From positions 1 through 62,021 of the IMG/VR virus record IMGVR_UViG_3300031472_000001: DNA of 62,021 bases. One strand, written 5' to 3'. This document shows positions 8,701 to 17,902 of this stretch, piece by piece; position 1 is the stretch's first letter; each line of letters starts with the position of its first letter. Source of the stretch: a virus. Taxonomy: Duplodnaviria; Caudoviricetes. Position numbers and translations under genes: made by a program. A model generated the notes under the pieces. The model did not search any database and was not told the DNA's origin. It saw only the letters and a list, made by a program, of their open reading frames with translations.

Positions 8701-11025
8701 GCTCGTGCCTGTGCTGATGCGCCATCCGTTTTGCTGATACGTCGTCGCAATACTACAGGCCACATTCGCATAGCCGTTGTTGGAAAGCACCGTTGCGTTT
8801 ATGGTACCGAAACCGCCAGCATAGAACGTCTGCTTGAGTGTGCCGCCACTCGAATACAGCTTCACATTGCGAAAATAGGACGTGTAGGCACCGCTCGTAT
8901 CGCCTTCCATCGCCACGGTCACTTTTGAGAGTGTTTTCCCGCTTACATTCGAGAGAACAATCGTGCGTGTGTACCACTGGTCGTTGGCGTAGCCGGAGAG
9001 ATCGGTCTTTGGATGCATCCACAAGCCGTTTTGATCGTTCATGGACGTTGGCGTCGTCACATCACGCAGTGACGAGCCGTCCGAACACAGACCATCGACT
9101 GCCGAGGTGATTTGCGGTGAGGTGCTACTGATCCACACGTCATATTGCAGGTAATCCCCGCTGCCAATCGTGACCGCGCCGCTCCATATTTCCAGATAGG
9201 CATAGTTGTTCGTGGTGCCACCGGAGCCGACGACGCCCTGCGAACTCGCGCCCGTCAGTTTGAGCGCGGGACCGCTTTGCAGTTGCAGGGCACTGCCGAC
9301 GTTCTGCATGTTCGTGAGCGTGCCTGTGCTGAGGTTCTCGGTCTGTGCCACCGCCGTTCCTGCCGCGGCCAGTTCCAGGTCGCCATCGCCTTGCGTGGTT
9401 GCCGCGACCACATTTGAGATCGTGCCAAGTGCCAGTTGCGCCTGTGTCGTCTCTCGCAGTGACGCATATTGTGCCGTGATGCCTTCACTCGATAGGTATG
9501 AGAGCATGTCGGCGAGAATAGCCCCCGCGTACTGATTGACGTATTCTGGCCCCGTGTACGTGCGTTTGTCTACTAAATAGTGATTATCCACGCAGGCGAT
9601 TTGCGACTCAAGATACGTTTGTGGCAGAAACGCAGTCTCAATAGAGGTCATCACAAAGCCTGTATAGAACGTGCCGCGTGCGCTATCGGCAATCGTGATT
9701 TGCATACCGCGTTTGAAGTGTTGTGTCCCTGACAGGTCTTCAACGGTACAGAGAAACGTCGAGATCGAGCTAATGGCGTCGTCCAGTTCAAAACGGTTGT
9801 CGTCGCGAATGACCACCGCTTGCCCTGCAATCGTCGCCGAAATAGTCGGATTGGTATAGACAACGGGTGGTGTGGACGCCATGAAGCCCGATTCGGCGTA
9901 AGCACTGGCTATTTGCTCGGTGATGTTGACATACGAGCCTTGCGTACTCGATGCCTCTGCTGATGCACTGGCTATCGCGTCCAGTATGGCCGTTGTCAGT
10001 CCTGTCGTGGCCGACGCCTCTGCTGATGCACTGGCGAGGCTCTCGGTGACTGCATTGGTCCCAGAGCCTTGTAGCGCACTCTCCGCGTAGGCTGTAGTGA
10101 GAGTCTCAGTCATGCCAACAGTCCCAGAGCCGACAGCGCTACTTTCCGCAGACGCCGATGCTATCTTCTCCGTGATGGCGACGGTGTAGTTGGTCGTTGG
10201 TGCGCTCGCAGTTGCACCCGACTCGCCGTAGGCACTCGCTATGGCTTCCGTGACTGCATTGACACCAGAGCCAACGATGCTACTCTCAGCAGACGCACTG
10301 ACGATCTGCTCTAGTGTTGCGTTGCTGCCAGCACCTTGCACGGACGACTCTGCGTATGCCGATGCAATCGCTTCTGTGATGGCGGCCGTGACGTTGGTGG
10401 ATGAATTGACTTGATAGCCAGGTGTTGTGACCATCGCGGCGGTATTGCCAGCGCGTCCGGTGGTATCAGTCGAGACGCTGTTCAGGCGTATTTGCTGACC
10501 TACGACACACGTTGTCGTAACAATGTTGACCCATTTGTCGATATAGAGTTTTTCGTTTGTTGCGAACGATGCAGCCGAGGCGGTTGTGCCGCTGAGCGCA
10601 TAGGTCGATTGTACGGAGCCGCTAAACGATTGTCCCGTGAGACTCATGACCAAAATAGGCGTATAGACAAAGGTGACGCTGTTGTACTTATAGGCTCGAA
10701 CATAGACCTCAAATGTCGCGCTGTAGCCCGATGTGTTCAGTCCGATACGGATGTTCGAGGAAAACGCACCTGTGGGTATCTGCTGACCTTCCAGCACCGT
10801 CGAGTCGAGGAGGTCCCCGTTGCCTGTGGGAGCAGGGAGCGAACTTGCCCCTAGCCATGCCGCCGTACTTCCAATTGAGAGAATCTCTCCGTAACCCGTT
10901 GCCGCTCCAATCGTGGTTTTGGGCGTGGCGACAGAGGGTGCTCCACTCGTAGTGTAGAGACCCTCTGCGCTTGCTAGCACCGCGCTGGCTTGATTGCTGA
11001 AGAAAACGGAGAGCGATGTCACCAC
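5710..11025 (-). CDS. large tail-tip/baseplate-hub protein with inserted beta-sandwich (lectin-like) domains
   Basis: 1771 aa, S/T/G-rich, downstream of the tape measure. Hub-like segments (DDLAKRSNYWWYVD, GLQPGQLLTV..FLIRSV) and N-terminal tandem repeats. Confidence 0.8.
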   Translation of the reverse strand: MVTSLSVFFSNQASAVLASAEGLYTTSGAPSVATPKTTIGAATGYGEILSIGSTAAWLGASSLPAPTGNGDLLDSTVLEGQQIPTGAFSSNIRIGLNTSGYSATFEVYVRAYKYNSVTFVYTPILVMSLTGQSFSGSVQSTYALSGTTASAASFATNEKLYIDKWVNIVTTTCVVGQQIRLNSVSTDTTGRAGNTAAMVTTPGYQVNSSTNVTAAITEAIASAYAESSVQGAGSNATLEQIVSASAESSIVGSGVNAVTEAIASAYGESGATASAPTTNYTVAITEKIASASAESSAVGSGTVGMTETLTTAYAESALQGSGTNAVTESLASASAEASATTGLTTAILDAIASASAEASSTQGSYVNITEQIASAYAESGFMASTPPVVYTNPTISATIAGQAVVIRDDNRFELDDAISSISTFLCTVEDLSGTQHFKRGMQITIADSARGTFYTGFVMTSIETAFLPQTYLESQIACVDNHYLVDKRTYTGPEYVNQYAGAILADMLSYLSSEGITAQYASLRETTQAQLALGTISNVVAATTQGDGDLELAAAGTAVAQTENLSTGTLTNMQNVGSALQLQSGPALKLTGASSQGVVGSGGTTNNYAYLEIWSGAVTIGSGDYLQYDVWISSTSPQITSAVDGLCSDGSSLRDVTTPTSMNDQNGLWMHPKTDLSGYANDQWYTRTIVLSNVSGKTLSKVTVAMEGDTSGAYTSYFRNVKLYSSGGTLKQTFYAGGFGTINATVLSNNGYANVACSIATTYQQNGWRISTGTSISSVGIVKSSLISWQATTPTGTSFINEISTDSGASWTSATRSQPFPNLLAGANATGFTILTRQRMSSIGPSPEVTPILTSQVWSVQPSYNATKTDFLHIEQSSADFSGGTNTNIQVSRANQMSLSGVWRTWDDALTTGQTFYGVGGHGTIARQGTVTVTGNGNVGVSQLDFPGNWQNFTVEIDMAVSSHGNASFSYRTTNQGSGNNSGAYAVDINPTSLLFGYGANNGASTSQTYSPLDSVAIYLSGTALKVRLKVVVNGSNHRIYVNDVLYFNVTDSTYTAAGKFGLRFLNSDSVTPGTYTAFFDNFGVMSTLTGSHLVGPLSMSALATIGNSLVQWDSDSAPNGMVVVESSFDNATWQACTNGSPIPGLTAGTGNSNTQLYLRTTLTSANAGASAVTGRDGTVYLTPTVHGVTVWATNQINATGNRIGPVLSLGNLGRIGSTLAAWNALLPTGTSLGVDTRVDGGAWSDVTANNGGTVPGLSGQPLATIDQFNTDSHTNYTSTFRTGGSVATWAGDSTNDRIVASGGSKALYINNLVTCGDVSMTVDMDESDTGGWVWHYTSANSFYECVVQDGAAIGGGAPDTIALFSVKSGVRTQLLSVPIIFNRLEKHRFVTTMAGNTITTVMDGVTLWNYSDGLSLFTGKCGLRSDGGTSRTYQLYLQPLGDNAYTHTLQMRLRLATSDPTVSPQVLNTTLAAFGSSIGVGALIPQTAYAGNYISTNIDDLAKRSNYWWYVDKAKRVSFLPRTAVLAPWIASDNPGDFLYANITMTNQSDLYHNRHIVQNVLQTTPINESRIGDSFTQSWTFSYQWSQAPTITVNGVLAVVGIKGVDTGKQFYYAVGDPTITQDPAQPIYDNTTIITFFGTGQYLTDAVADNLPAQSALAALEASSGIVEKTTDGKGMAYATGLAYAQSQVAQYGVFGQELQASTRRIGLQPGQLLTVYLPQFGCYGTQFLIRSVKMKIAQEYSGYQPTMAIDAVSGPELGDWSRLYLKQ

Positions 11026-11031
11026 GCGCTG

Positions 11032-11670
11032 TTATTCCTTAATGGTAATCGGGAAGGTCTGGTCAGTGGTTGGGTTAATCACGGCCTTTGGGATGAACGA
11101 GGTCACGCCGACGGACCCTGCCACGATTGGGTTGGCGTTCGAGAGGCGTACTGCCGTATAACTGCCAGCCGTTGTACTCGCACCAGGGAATTTCTTGGTC
11201 GCCACAATCTGCCGATTGCCGACACCTGAGCCTGAGACGGAGCCGAAGTCAGCAGCAACCAGCGTCAGATATTGCGCTCCCGCTGGACTGGCCGAAGGGT
11301 TATCAGTGACAGGTGCAAGTTGCACAAGAGACACACCAACGGCGTGATTGTTCGCTGGTATGTACGCGCCGCCGCCAATGGCTGTCACAGGCAGCGACGT
11401 TGCACCCAGCGCACATCCGGTGGTTTGTACAATCTCTTGCGGTGAGACACCGTTTTGTTGCCAGTCAATCACAAACTGCCCTGCTGGAATAGCTGCGGTT
11501 GCCCCTGCTGCAAAGGTCAGAGCCGCGCCTGTTGGGGCTGTCCCTGCCGTGAGCGCTGCGCCTAGTGTCTGTGATGATATCTCTGTGCTGATACAGATGT
11601 ACTTATAGTTGGTAGCGTTTCCAAAGTATGCGGTAAGAAACGCTTGAATGAGTGTGTCGGTTTGACTCAT
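11032..11670 (-). CDS. minor tail protein
   Basis: A/G/T-rich; sits between the tape measure and tail-tip genes. Confidence 0.65.
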   Translation of the reverse strand: MSQTDTLIQAFLTAYFGNATNYKYICISTEISSQTLGAALTAGTAPTGAALTFAAGATAAIPAGQFVIDWQQNGVSPQEIVQTTGCALGATSLPVTAIGGGAYIPANNHAVGVSLVQLAPVTDNPSASPAGAQYLTLVAADFGSVSGSGVGNRQIVATKKFPGASTTAGSYTAVRLSNANPIVAGSVGVTSFIPKAVINPTTDQTFPITIKE

Positions 11671-11688
11671 AGTGATACCTTTCTGTTG

Positions 11689-14457
11689 CTATGCCGCTCG
11701 TATGGAGCGATTGCCGAGTTTGAGCCGTACTAATCGGTCGGTCGTCGTATTGTTGATGCGAGCCAGTTCCACGCTATCCACCATAAAAATGAGCGTCTGG
11801 CCTTGCGTGTTGCTCGCTTGCGTTTGCGGAGACGTGTTAGCGGCACTCGCGATGGCCGAGGCCGATGGCTTGATCGGGTACTGCAACTGCTGTATCGGTT
11901 GCGCGACCTGATTGACCGCCTTTTGCATGACAGGAACGCCAGCATTCAGACCGGATGAGAGCATCTTAATCAGATTTGGCATCCACTTGTCGCTATCTGA
12001 TGCCGGACCCTCTTCCGTTGGCGAGTGGAAACCTAAGTTCTTCCAGATCGTAGAGGCGATACCAGAAACCGCGTTACTGACCCAGCCAATGCCGGACGTT
12101 ATCCCGTTCGCGATCATCTTGACAAAGTTGGAACCGGAGGTATAAGCAATCGACGCCCAATGATCAATAGTTGATTTTAGCCAATTCCCTAAAGAGGTAA
12201 GCGGTCCCGATATATATTTACTCCATGCAGAGGAAAATATATTGCCAATAGTAATAAACATATTTCCTACCTTGATAAGCACCGAGAGTGAAGCTGAGTT
12301 GACCGTACCGTTTATAGAGTTCCATATCCCCACAAGAAAATTCCAAGCTCTTGTCATTTTCGCGGATATTGTTGAAGAAATAACCTCCCAGATGAAGACT
12401 GCCATATCCCAGAGAAATTGCCATGTACCGACAATATTGTTGATAGCTGAATGAAAGAGATTAGATACCCAATTCATTCCCGATTGCACGATGTTTCTGA
12501 TGTTGTCAATCAGGTCATGGAAATAGTAGTTGTGGTCATAGAGCCATCGGAAAAGGTTGACCACCGCAATGATAGGACCGAAAAAGAGGATGAAAAGAGC
12601 CTTCATACCGTCCTGTATCACATTTCCCATAAACCCCATGAACGCGCTTGTGCCCGTCTGTATCCCATGCCACAAGCTCGTAAACCGTGCGCCGATAGAC
12701 CCCATGAGAGCCATAAACCACGACGAGAACGCGCCCCACACGCCGGAGAGCCATGCCGTGATTTGCCCCCAGTGCTGTACCGCCAAAATAATGCCGACAA
12801 CAACGGCCGCGACGACGATCCCGATCAGAATAAAGGGAGCGGCGGCAAGCAGCGTCGCGGCGGCGGCGGCGAGTGCTGCAACGGCCCATGCACCGAATGC
12901 GACGATGAGAGCGGGCACGGTTGCGAGAAAGGCGACAAAGGCGATACCTGCAAGTGTGAGCAGCACTGCCGACACGCCAGCGAGAACGCCAACGAGGATA
13001 TCGGCGGCCAACTGGTTTCGCTGAAAGAAATCAATCATCTGCGAGATGCCAAACACCACAAGGTCTACTTTGTCGATAATCCACGCAAGAGCGGTACCTA
13101 CCCCTTGTAATGCCTGTCCGAGCGTGGGCGCATTGGCTGCGAGTGCTGAAAAAGCTGGTCCGACGATGGTACTCAGTTGATGTCCGAGCGTCTGAAAATC
13201 AGCGATAACCCCTGCGAAGGCGTCTCCATTGAGATAGGTCATGACCCCTTGCCACGCCTTACCAAGCGTATTGAACACCCCCGTCAGGCCGTTGGTACTG
13301 GTCATCCAGTTGCCAAAGGCTGTGATGAGCGGTGTTGCGAGGTCAAGCATTTTGCCAAGCACAGGAAGCAACAGCGTTCCCACCTTGATGCCCATTGCCT
13401 CTAATGCGGCTTTGGCCTGGTCTATTTTGAAGTTGAAGTTGCCCTGGATATCCGACCAGCCCATCAGGTCATTGCCGCCTTTTTTGACGGCCCCCCCGAT
13501 AATATCGACGTTATTGGCGAACGTCTTCATGTGGCTCCCCGTCAGTTCCAAGAAGCCCATCATTTGTTTTGACCCACCAGCGATATTCTTGATCGCCTGA
13601 TTGTAGGCAGATGAACCTTCGGGAAATCGCTTGCCGACGGCATCGGTAATCATCTGCAACGCGCCGGGGAGATCGGTTTTCATCTTTGCCGCAACCTCAG
13701 CGGAGGTCAAACCAACGGACGCTAAGGCTTTCGCGCCAATCTTGGACGGTGCTTCTAAGGCGAGTATGACCTGTCGCAAGTGCGTGGCGGCGGACTCCGC
13801 AGGGTCGGATTGCGAGGTCATGGTTGCAAGGGCAGCGGTCACATCTTTGAGGGAAATACCAAACTTTGCCGAGGCTGGTAATACGTTTTTGAGCGAGCCG
13901 GACAGTTGCTCAAACGTCATCATGCCCTGCCCAGTCGCCGCCGTCAGGGTGTTCATGACCTGTACTGCGGTCATACCTTGTCCTGCATAGGCATTGAGTG
14001 AGGCAGCAAGCGCAATGCTTACCTGATCGAGATTGGCGTTTTCGGCTTTTGCCGCCTCAGCAGCGACACGGAGAGCTTCGAGTCCTTGCGAACCGTGTAG
14101 ACCAGCGGATTCTATCCAGTACATCGCCTCGACCAGCTTCTGTGAACCAGTGCCGACCGATGCAGACATGTTCAGGATGCCATCGCCGACCATTTGCAGG
14201 TTGTTTTTTGACTCGCCTGCCGTCGTGTAGAGCTTGGTGACACTTTGTTGGAAATCTCCGGCTGCCTTCACTGAGGCAACACCAAGCCCAACCGTGATGG
14301 CGGTAGCGGCAACGAGCGCAATGCCCACACCACCGAGCAGACCAGGAGCAGAGCCAGCGAAACCTGAGAGTGCGGACGCGGCTGTGCGTAGTCCGCCTGT
14401 GAGTCCGCTAGAGTCGATACCCAAGCGGACTACTAACTCTCCCAGGTTTCCTGCCAT
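11689..14457 (-). CDS. tape measure protein (TP901-type core)
   Basis: LGELVVRLGID N-terminus, core A.T.LR..IL.L.AP, Trp-periodic repeats; 922 aa. Confidence 0.95.
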   Translation of the reverse strand: MAGNLGELVVRLGIDSSGLTGGLRTAASALSGFAGSAPGLLGGVGIALVAATAITVGLGVASVKAAGDFQQSVTKLYTTAGESKNNLQMVGDGILNMSASVGTGSQKLVEAMYWIESAGLHGSQGLEALRVAAEAAKAENANLDQVSIALAASLNAYAGQGMTAVQVMNTLTAATGQGMMTFEQLSGSLKNVLPASAKFGISLKDVTAALATMTSQSDPAESAATHLRQVILALEAPSKIGAKALASVGLTSAEVAAKMKTDLPGALQMITDAVGKRFPEGSSAYNQAIKNIAGGSKQMMGFLELTGSHMKTFANNVDIIGGAVKKGGNDLMGWSDIQGNFNFKIDQAKAALEAMGIKVGTLLLPVLGKMLDLATPLITAFGNWMTSTNGLTGVFNTLGKAWQGVMTYLNGDAFAGVIADFQTLGHQLSTIVGPAFSALAANAPTLGQALQGVGTALAWIIDKVDLVVFGISQMIDFFQRNQLAADILVGVLAGVSAVLLTLAGIAFVAFLATVPALIVAFGAWAVAALAAAAATLLAAAPFILIGIVVAAVVVGIILAVQHWGQITAWLSGVWGAFSSWFMALMGSIGARFTSLWHGIQTGTSAFMGFMGNVIQDGMKALFILFFGPIIAVVNLFRWLYDHNYYFHDLIDNIRNIVQSGMNWVSNLFHSAINNIVGTWQFLWDMAVFIWEVISSTISAKMTRAWNFLVGIWNSINGTVNSASLSVLIKVGNMFITIGNIFSSAWSKYISGPLTSLGNWLKSTIDHWASIAYTSGSNFVKMIANGITSGIGWVSNAVSGIASTIWKNLGFHSPTEEGPASDSDKWMPNLIKMLSSGLNAGVPVMQKAVNQVAQPIQQLQYPIKPSASAIASAANTSPQTQASNTQGQTLIFMVDSVELARINNTTTDRLVRLKLGNRSIRAA

Positions 14458-14462
14458 TGCCT

Positions 14463-14654
14463 CTAGCCTGCTTTCCGTTTCGCTTCTTCTGCTTCAATGG
14501 CCGCTTGTTCGTCGGCCTGCTCTAGTTCGTAAAATGCCATCCAGTCGGTAATCTCGGTTTCGCTTATGCGGCTACTCCACTCGGCGTAGTTGCCGCCTCG
14601 GAGTTCACGGCAGAGGAAGCGCTTGAAGCGTTCTCTGGGGTTGGCTTCAAAAAA
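14463..14654 (-). CDS. tail assembly chaperone, frameshift extension (gpT-like)
   Basis: -1 frame entered at T TTT TTG (14648-14654); E..DW.AFY motif. Confidence 0.8.
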   Translation of the reverse strand, partial: FFEANPRERFKRFLCRELRGGNYAEWSSRISETEITDWMAFYELEQADEQAAIEAEEAKRKAG

Positions 14655-15049
14655 GCCTTTGCACTCACCACGTTCGCCTGTGCGAAGCCTGAAACCTCGC
14701 TCACTAGGCCGATAAGCGGTGTGAGAACCGTTCCGCCCCATTCGGAAACCCCCTGTGCATCGCTGTCCTGCAACACGCGCTCTTTGCTCTCGGTCAAGAC
14801 CAGCGAACGGGTCAGCATCGCCGCGCCTGCCAGAATTTCATCGACGGAGCCATCGGAGCCGAGTGCGAGTTTGCGTGCCTCGGACGTATCGGAGCCTTTG
14901 AGTTCCAGGAGCGACAATTGTCCTTTCAATGCGGCCAATTCCTTTGCTGGTGTGCTTTCCCATGCGTCAATCGTGGCGTCCTCAACGGACTGAATACGGA
15001 GTGTGCGATTGAAGAGTAAGGCGCGAGCCTCTTGTGCGGTCATGGTCAT
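14564..15049 (-). CDS. tail assembly chaperone (gpG-like)
   Basis: Between the tail tube and tape measure genes; slippery site near the 3' end. Confidence 0.8.
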   Translation of the reverse strand: MTMTAQEARALLFNRTLRIQSVEDATIDAWESTPAKELAALKGQLSLLELKGSDTSEARKLALGSDGSVDEILAGAAMLTRSLVLTESKERVLQDSDAQGVSEWGGTVLTPLIGLVSEVSGFAQANVVSAKAFLKPTPENASSASSAVNSEAATTPSGVAA

Positions 15050-15088
15050 GGTGTATTCATCCTTTCAAGATGTTGTCGTAATGTGTGT

Positions 15089-15709
15089 TTAGGAAGTAAA
15101 GAATTCGTCAGTAAGCGTGAACGATAAGTCTTCGCCTAAAGCCGCCTTTGGGTCAGCTTTGATGTTGCTGGCGTCGGCATACACGTAGCCCTCGTAGCGA
15201 TTGCCTGATGGCAAGACGAAACTGCCAACCAGCAGATCGCGTGCCACGAGGCTTTGTGAACGAGCCGGACTGATCCAGAAGGTATTCGTTTTCAGAACGC
15301 CGCTCAGAATGCCTGGAATGGAACTCTCAACGCCCTGTGCATTGAAGACAGTGGTATCAATCTTCGCCATTTTGCTGGCCCAATCGCAATTGTTCGCCTG
15401 CGCTACGAGCATTTCGGTGAAGTACGCGCCACTCGTGAAGCGTACTTGCGTACCCGCTGCATTGGCGACGGCGAAAATGACGCGTGCGTTGACTCTTGAC
15501 AGCGTGAAGCCTGTAGACACCACCGTCCATATCGTGCCATCAGGCGATGTAGACACCACAATCGGCGTTTTCGGGTCGAGCCGTTTCTTTGCCTGATTGG
15601 TAATGGTGTAGGTTTTGTGATCGCCACTATCCGTACACAGTTCGTTGGTCAAGGCTATACTCGGCTGACTGGTGAGATAGACCTGACTGGAATACGCTGC
15701 AATTGCCAT
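15089..15709 (-). CDS. tail tube protein paralog with inserted domain
   Basis: Shares MAIAA, KIDTT.F, E.SIPG and K.DPK with 15737..16132. Confidence 0.75.
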   Translation of the reverse strand: MAIAAYSSQVYLTSQPSIALTNELCTDSGDHKTYTITNQAKKRLDPKTPIVVSTSPDGTIWTVVSTGFTLSRVNARVIFAVANAAGTQVRFTSGAYFTEMLVAQANNCDWASKMAKIDTTVFNAQGVESSIPGILSGVLKTNTFWISPARSQSLVARDLLVGSFVLPSGNRYEGYVYADASNIKADPKAALGEDLSFTLTDEFFTS

Positions 15710-15736
15710 CGAATAGCCTCAACTTTCTGGACTGAT

Positions 15737-16132
15737 TTACGCTGGTGTGAGTGGGCCTGTGATGACAAATGCCCACGCGCCATCGACTTGCTTTTTGGGG
15801 TCGCCTTTGGTATCGACCGCCTCAACCCATGCCTGCGCCGTATAAGAGTTGGTGCCCGTTGGCTTGAAAAGCAGGGTGCCAGTGGTGCGAGCGAAAAAGG
15901 CCGCTTCCATGCCCGCCTGTCCGGGGTCGCCTTTGTTCCAGGAGCCAGCGACTTTGACCGTTGCTGAAAACAAGCCAGGGATACTCGTTTCGGTGCCAGC
16001 ATTGGCCGTGACCACGCCTGGAAACGCGGTGGTGTCGATTTTGCCTATCTTCATGCTCTGGTCAATGGTCATAATGTCGCTCACAATAATGCCACTGTAG
16101 GTAAAAGTGGCAGGGAAGGCTGCGATTGCCAT
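15737..16132 (-). CDS. major tail tube protein
   Basis: IDTT loop motif, D.GQ..(M/L) motif, synteny. Confidence 0.8.
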   Translation of the reverse strand: MAIAAFPATFTYSGIIVSDIMTIDQSMKIGKIDTTAFPGVVTANAGTETSIPGLFSATVKVAGSWNKGDPGQAGMEAAFFARTTGTLLFKPTGTNSYTAQAWVEAVDTKGDPKKQVDGAWAFVITGPLTPA

Positions 16133-16144
16133 GTATATAACTCC

Positions 16145-16540
16145 TTATAGATTGCTGAGTGCTAATTGCCAGTTGGGTTTTTCTTGTTCGTATGCAGGCA
16201 GTAAGAAGGGTTGCGGATTCTGAAACCGCGTCCCAAGTTCTACAAACCATGCGTATGAGTTCGCCCCGCCTTCGGGATAGGTGTACGTTTTTGCCGTTTG
16301 CGGGAGCGTTCCGCCGTATGCCACTTCATAGCCTTTGACTGAACCTTCTGTGAACGGCCTGACCACGCCTGATGCTTGCAAGTCGCCTTTGTCTACAGGC
16401 ACATTGGCATCGGCCACGCTGTAGATGTTCTGTGCTGATTGCGCGGTGATGGCGTCGGCTGCTGTGCCAAACACCGTGACTGACGCCGTGAGACTGCCAA
16501 GCACACCTGACAAGCCGCTCACGGATGCGAGGTTTGCCAT
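16145..16540 (-). CDS. HK97 gp10-like tail completion protein
   Basis: PVD.G.L..S, YA.FVE.GT and PQPFL.PA motifs. Confidence 0.88.
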   Translation of the reverse strand: MANLASVSGLSGVLGSLTASVTVFGTAADAITAQSAQNIYSVADANVPVDKGDLQASGVVRPFTEGSVKGYEVAYGGTLPQTAKTYTYPEGGANSYAWFVELGTRFQNPQPFLLPAYEQEKPNWQLALSNL

Positions 16541-16645
16541 TTAGTCGCTCGCTTTCAGGATGCGTGAGACGATGTACAGGTACGCGAGAAGGACAAGTAT
16601 GCCCACGACAACGCCTGCTGAAAATATCAAGAGATCGTGTATCAT
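16541..16645 (-). CDS. 34-aa single-TM protein (not in ORF track)
   Basis: MIHDLLIFSAGVVVGILVLLAYLYIVSRILKASD; ATGA-coupled upstream, stop abuts the next ATG. Confidence 0.6.
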   Translation of the reverse strand: MIHDLLIFSAGVVVGILVLLAYLYIVSRILKASD

Positions 16646-17061
16646 TGCCCTGTCCCTTCCTGTGCCATAATCCGGTAGCGGACAGGCATATGCGTAATCC
16701 TGTTGTCTATCGGGTCGCCCATTGGCTGGCTAAACTCGTACCAGCATCCGACACAGTGCATATTCGCAAGCGTCAACGTTTGCTCATCTAAGAGATAATT
16801 GAGCCGTGCGAGTATCGTTTGACACTCTTTGGCCCCTAGTTGCCGCGAAAAGATGTGTAGCGTCACCGTATCGGTATAGCCTTTGCGTCCAAAGCTGTGA
16901 TCCGGTGCCTCGGTGCTATCGCCAATCGTCAAAAATGGATAGCCTTGCCCCTGTGGAATGCCGCGAAAGTCGAGTATGCCGCCTGTCACCAGTGCCATGA
17001 GCGGCGCGTCGCCTGTGAGCTTGGTCGCAATGGCCTGTTGTATCGCGCCTGTTGCACTCAT
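16642..17061 (-). CDS. tail terminator (DUF3168/SPP1 gp17-like)
   Basis: AIQQAI...L..D..L.AL, YPFLTIGD and LHIFS motifs. Confidence 0.88.
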   Translation of the reverse strand: MSATGAIQQAIATKLTGDAPLMALVTGGILDFRGIPQGQGYPFLTIGDSTEAPDHSFGRKGYTDTVTLHIFSRQLGAKECQTILARLNYLLDEQTLTLANMHCVGCWYEFSQPMGDPIDNRITHMPVRYRIMAQEGTGQ

Positions 17062-17438
17062 TCGTCTTCCTCTAATGGTTCGATAAGCGCGGTAAAGAAC
17101 GGCGCATAGGACATATCGTTGGGCGCGTCAATCACGGTGTACGTGATACCAGCAATGGTCACGCGTTCAGAGCCTTTCAACAGGTAGGTTGTCGGATAGA
17201 GTAGACTCTTTTTCAACTTGCCGAGATTTTGCTGTGCAATGATTTCTTCTTTAATCAATTTCAGGCCGAGAATGGTGTACATGCACGGCATCGCTGCATA
17301 GAGCGTTTGCCAGTTGGATGTAGAGCCGCCTTGACCGTCTGATGTGCGTGTGTCCTGTTGCACCAGTGCCACGCGGTCATAGATACTCCCCATGAGCGAC
17401 TGCAGCCCGTTCACATCGAGTTGAGAGAGCAATGGCAT
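17058..17438 (-). CDS. head-closure (stopper) protein
   Basis: DG.GG....W motif, synteny. Confidence 0.8.
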   Translation of the reverse strand: MPLLSQLDVNGLQSLMGSIYDRVALVQQDTRTSDGQGGSTSNWQTLYAAMPCMYTILGLKLIKEEIIAQQNLGKLKKSLLYPTTYLLKGSERVTIAGITYTVIDAPNDMSYAPFFTALIEPLEEDE

Positions 17439-17899
17439 TAGAAATCACCTCCCAGATACGGGAACGGCAAGCCAAACGGATAATCTGGCTCCAAGAAGTC
17501 CAGTTCCATGCGTCCAAGTTGCAGACCTTGCGTACTTCCAACGGCGTAGCCAAGATTGGCACATTCCTTCTCGGCAGTTTCCAGCATCGCGCTCACCTGC
17601 TTGTAGGCTTGTGAGCGAAACGCTTGCAAGGCACCGATCACCTGTACATCGAAGCGAACAGACAGCAACCGCGCAAAGCGTTTGAGCGCATAGTAGCTGA
17701 GCAGTGCGAGATACGCCGTGATTTGCGCTTGTGGCACAACGGTTGTGGCTAGCACATCCTCTGTGTAGCCAAGTTGCCGTAGCGACATGTCAATCGCGAA
17801 ATTGTACGCGAGTGTCAGTTGGCTACCCGTGAAGGCTGCATCCGTCGCAAGATCTGCATATTCGTTGGTCAGTATGCTCGTTGCCGCGATTCGGTCCAT
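17438..17899 (-). CDS. head-tail adaptor
   Basis: Helical protein with a RSQ motif, between the capsid and closure genes. Confidence 0.65.
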   Translation of the reverse strand: MDRIAATSILTNEYADLATDAAFTGSQLTLAYNFAIDMSLRQLGYTEDVLATTVVPQAQITAYLALLSYYALKRFARLLSVRFDVQVIGALQAFRSQAYKQVSAMLETAEKECANLGYAVGSTQGLQLGRMELDFLEPDYPFGLPFPYLGGDF

Positions 17900-17902
17900 G
17901 TG

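Noticed and set aside
5710-11025. Diversity-generating retroelement target in the tail gene
   Set aside because: No reverse transcriptase and no TR/VR repeat pair were seen in the window.
5778-14551. Many antisense and alternate-frame ORFs over the tail and tape-measure genes
   Set aside because: Shadow ORFs from GC-rich codon bias, without RBS or motifs.
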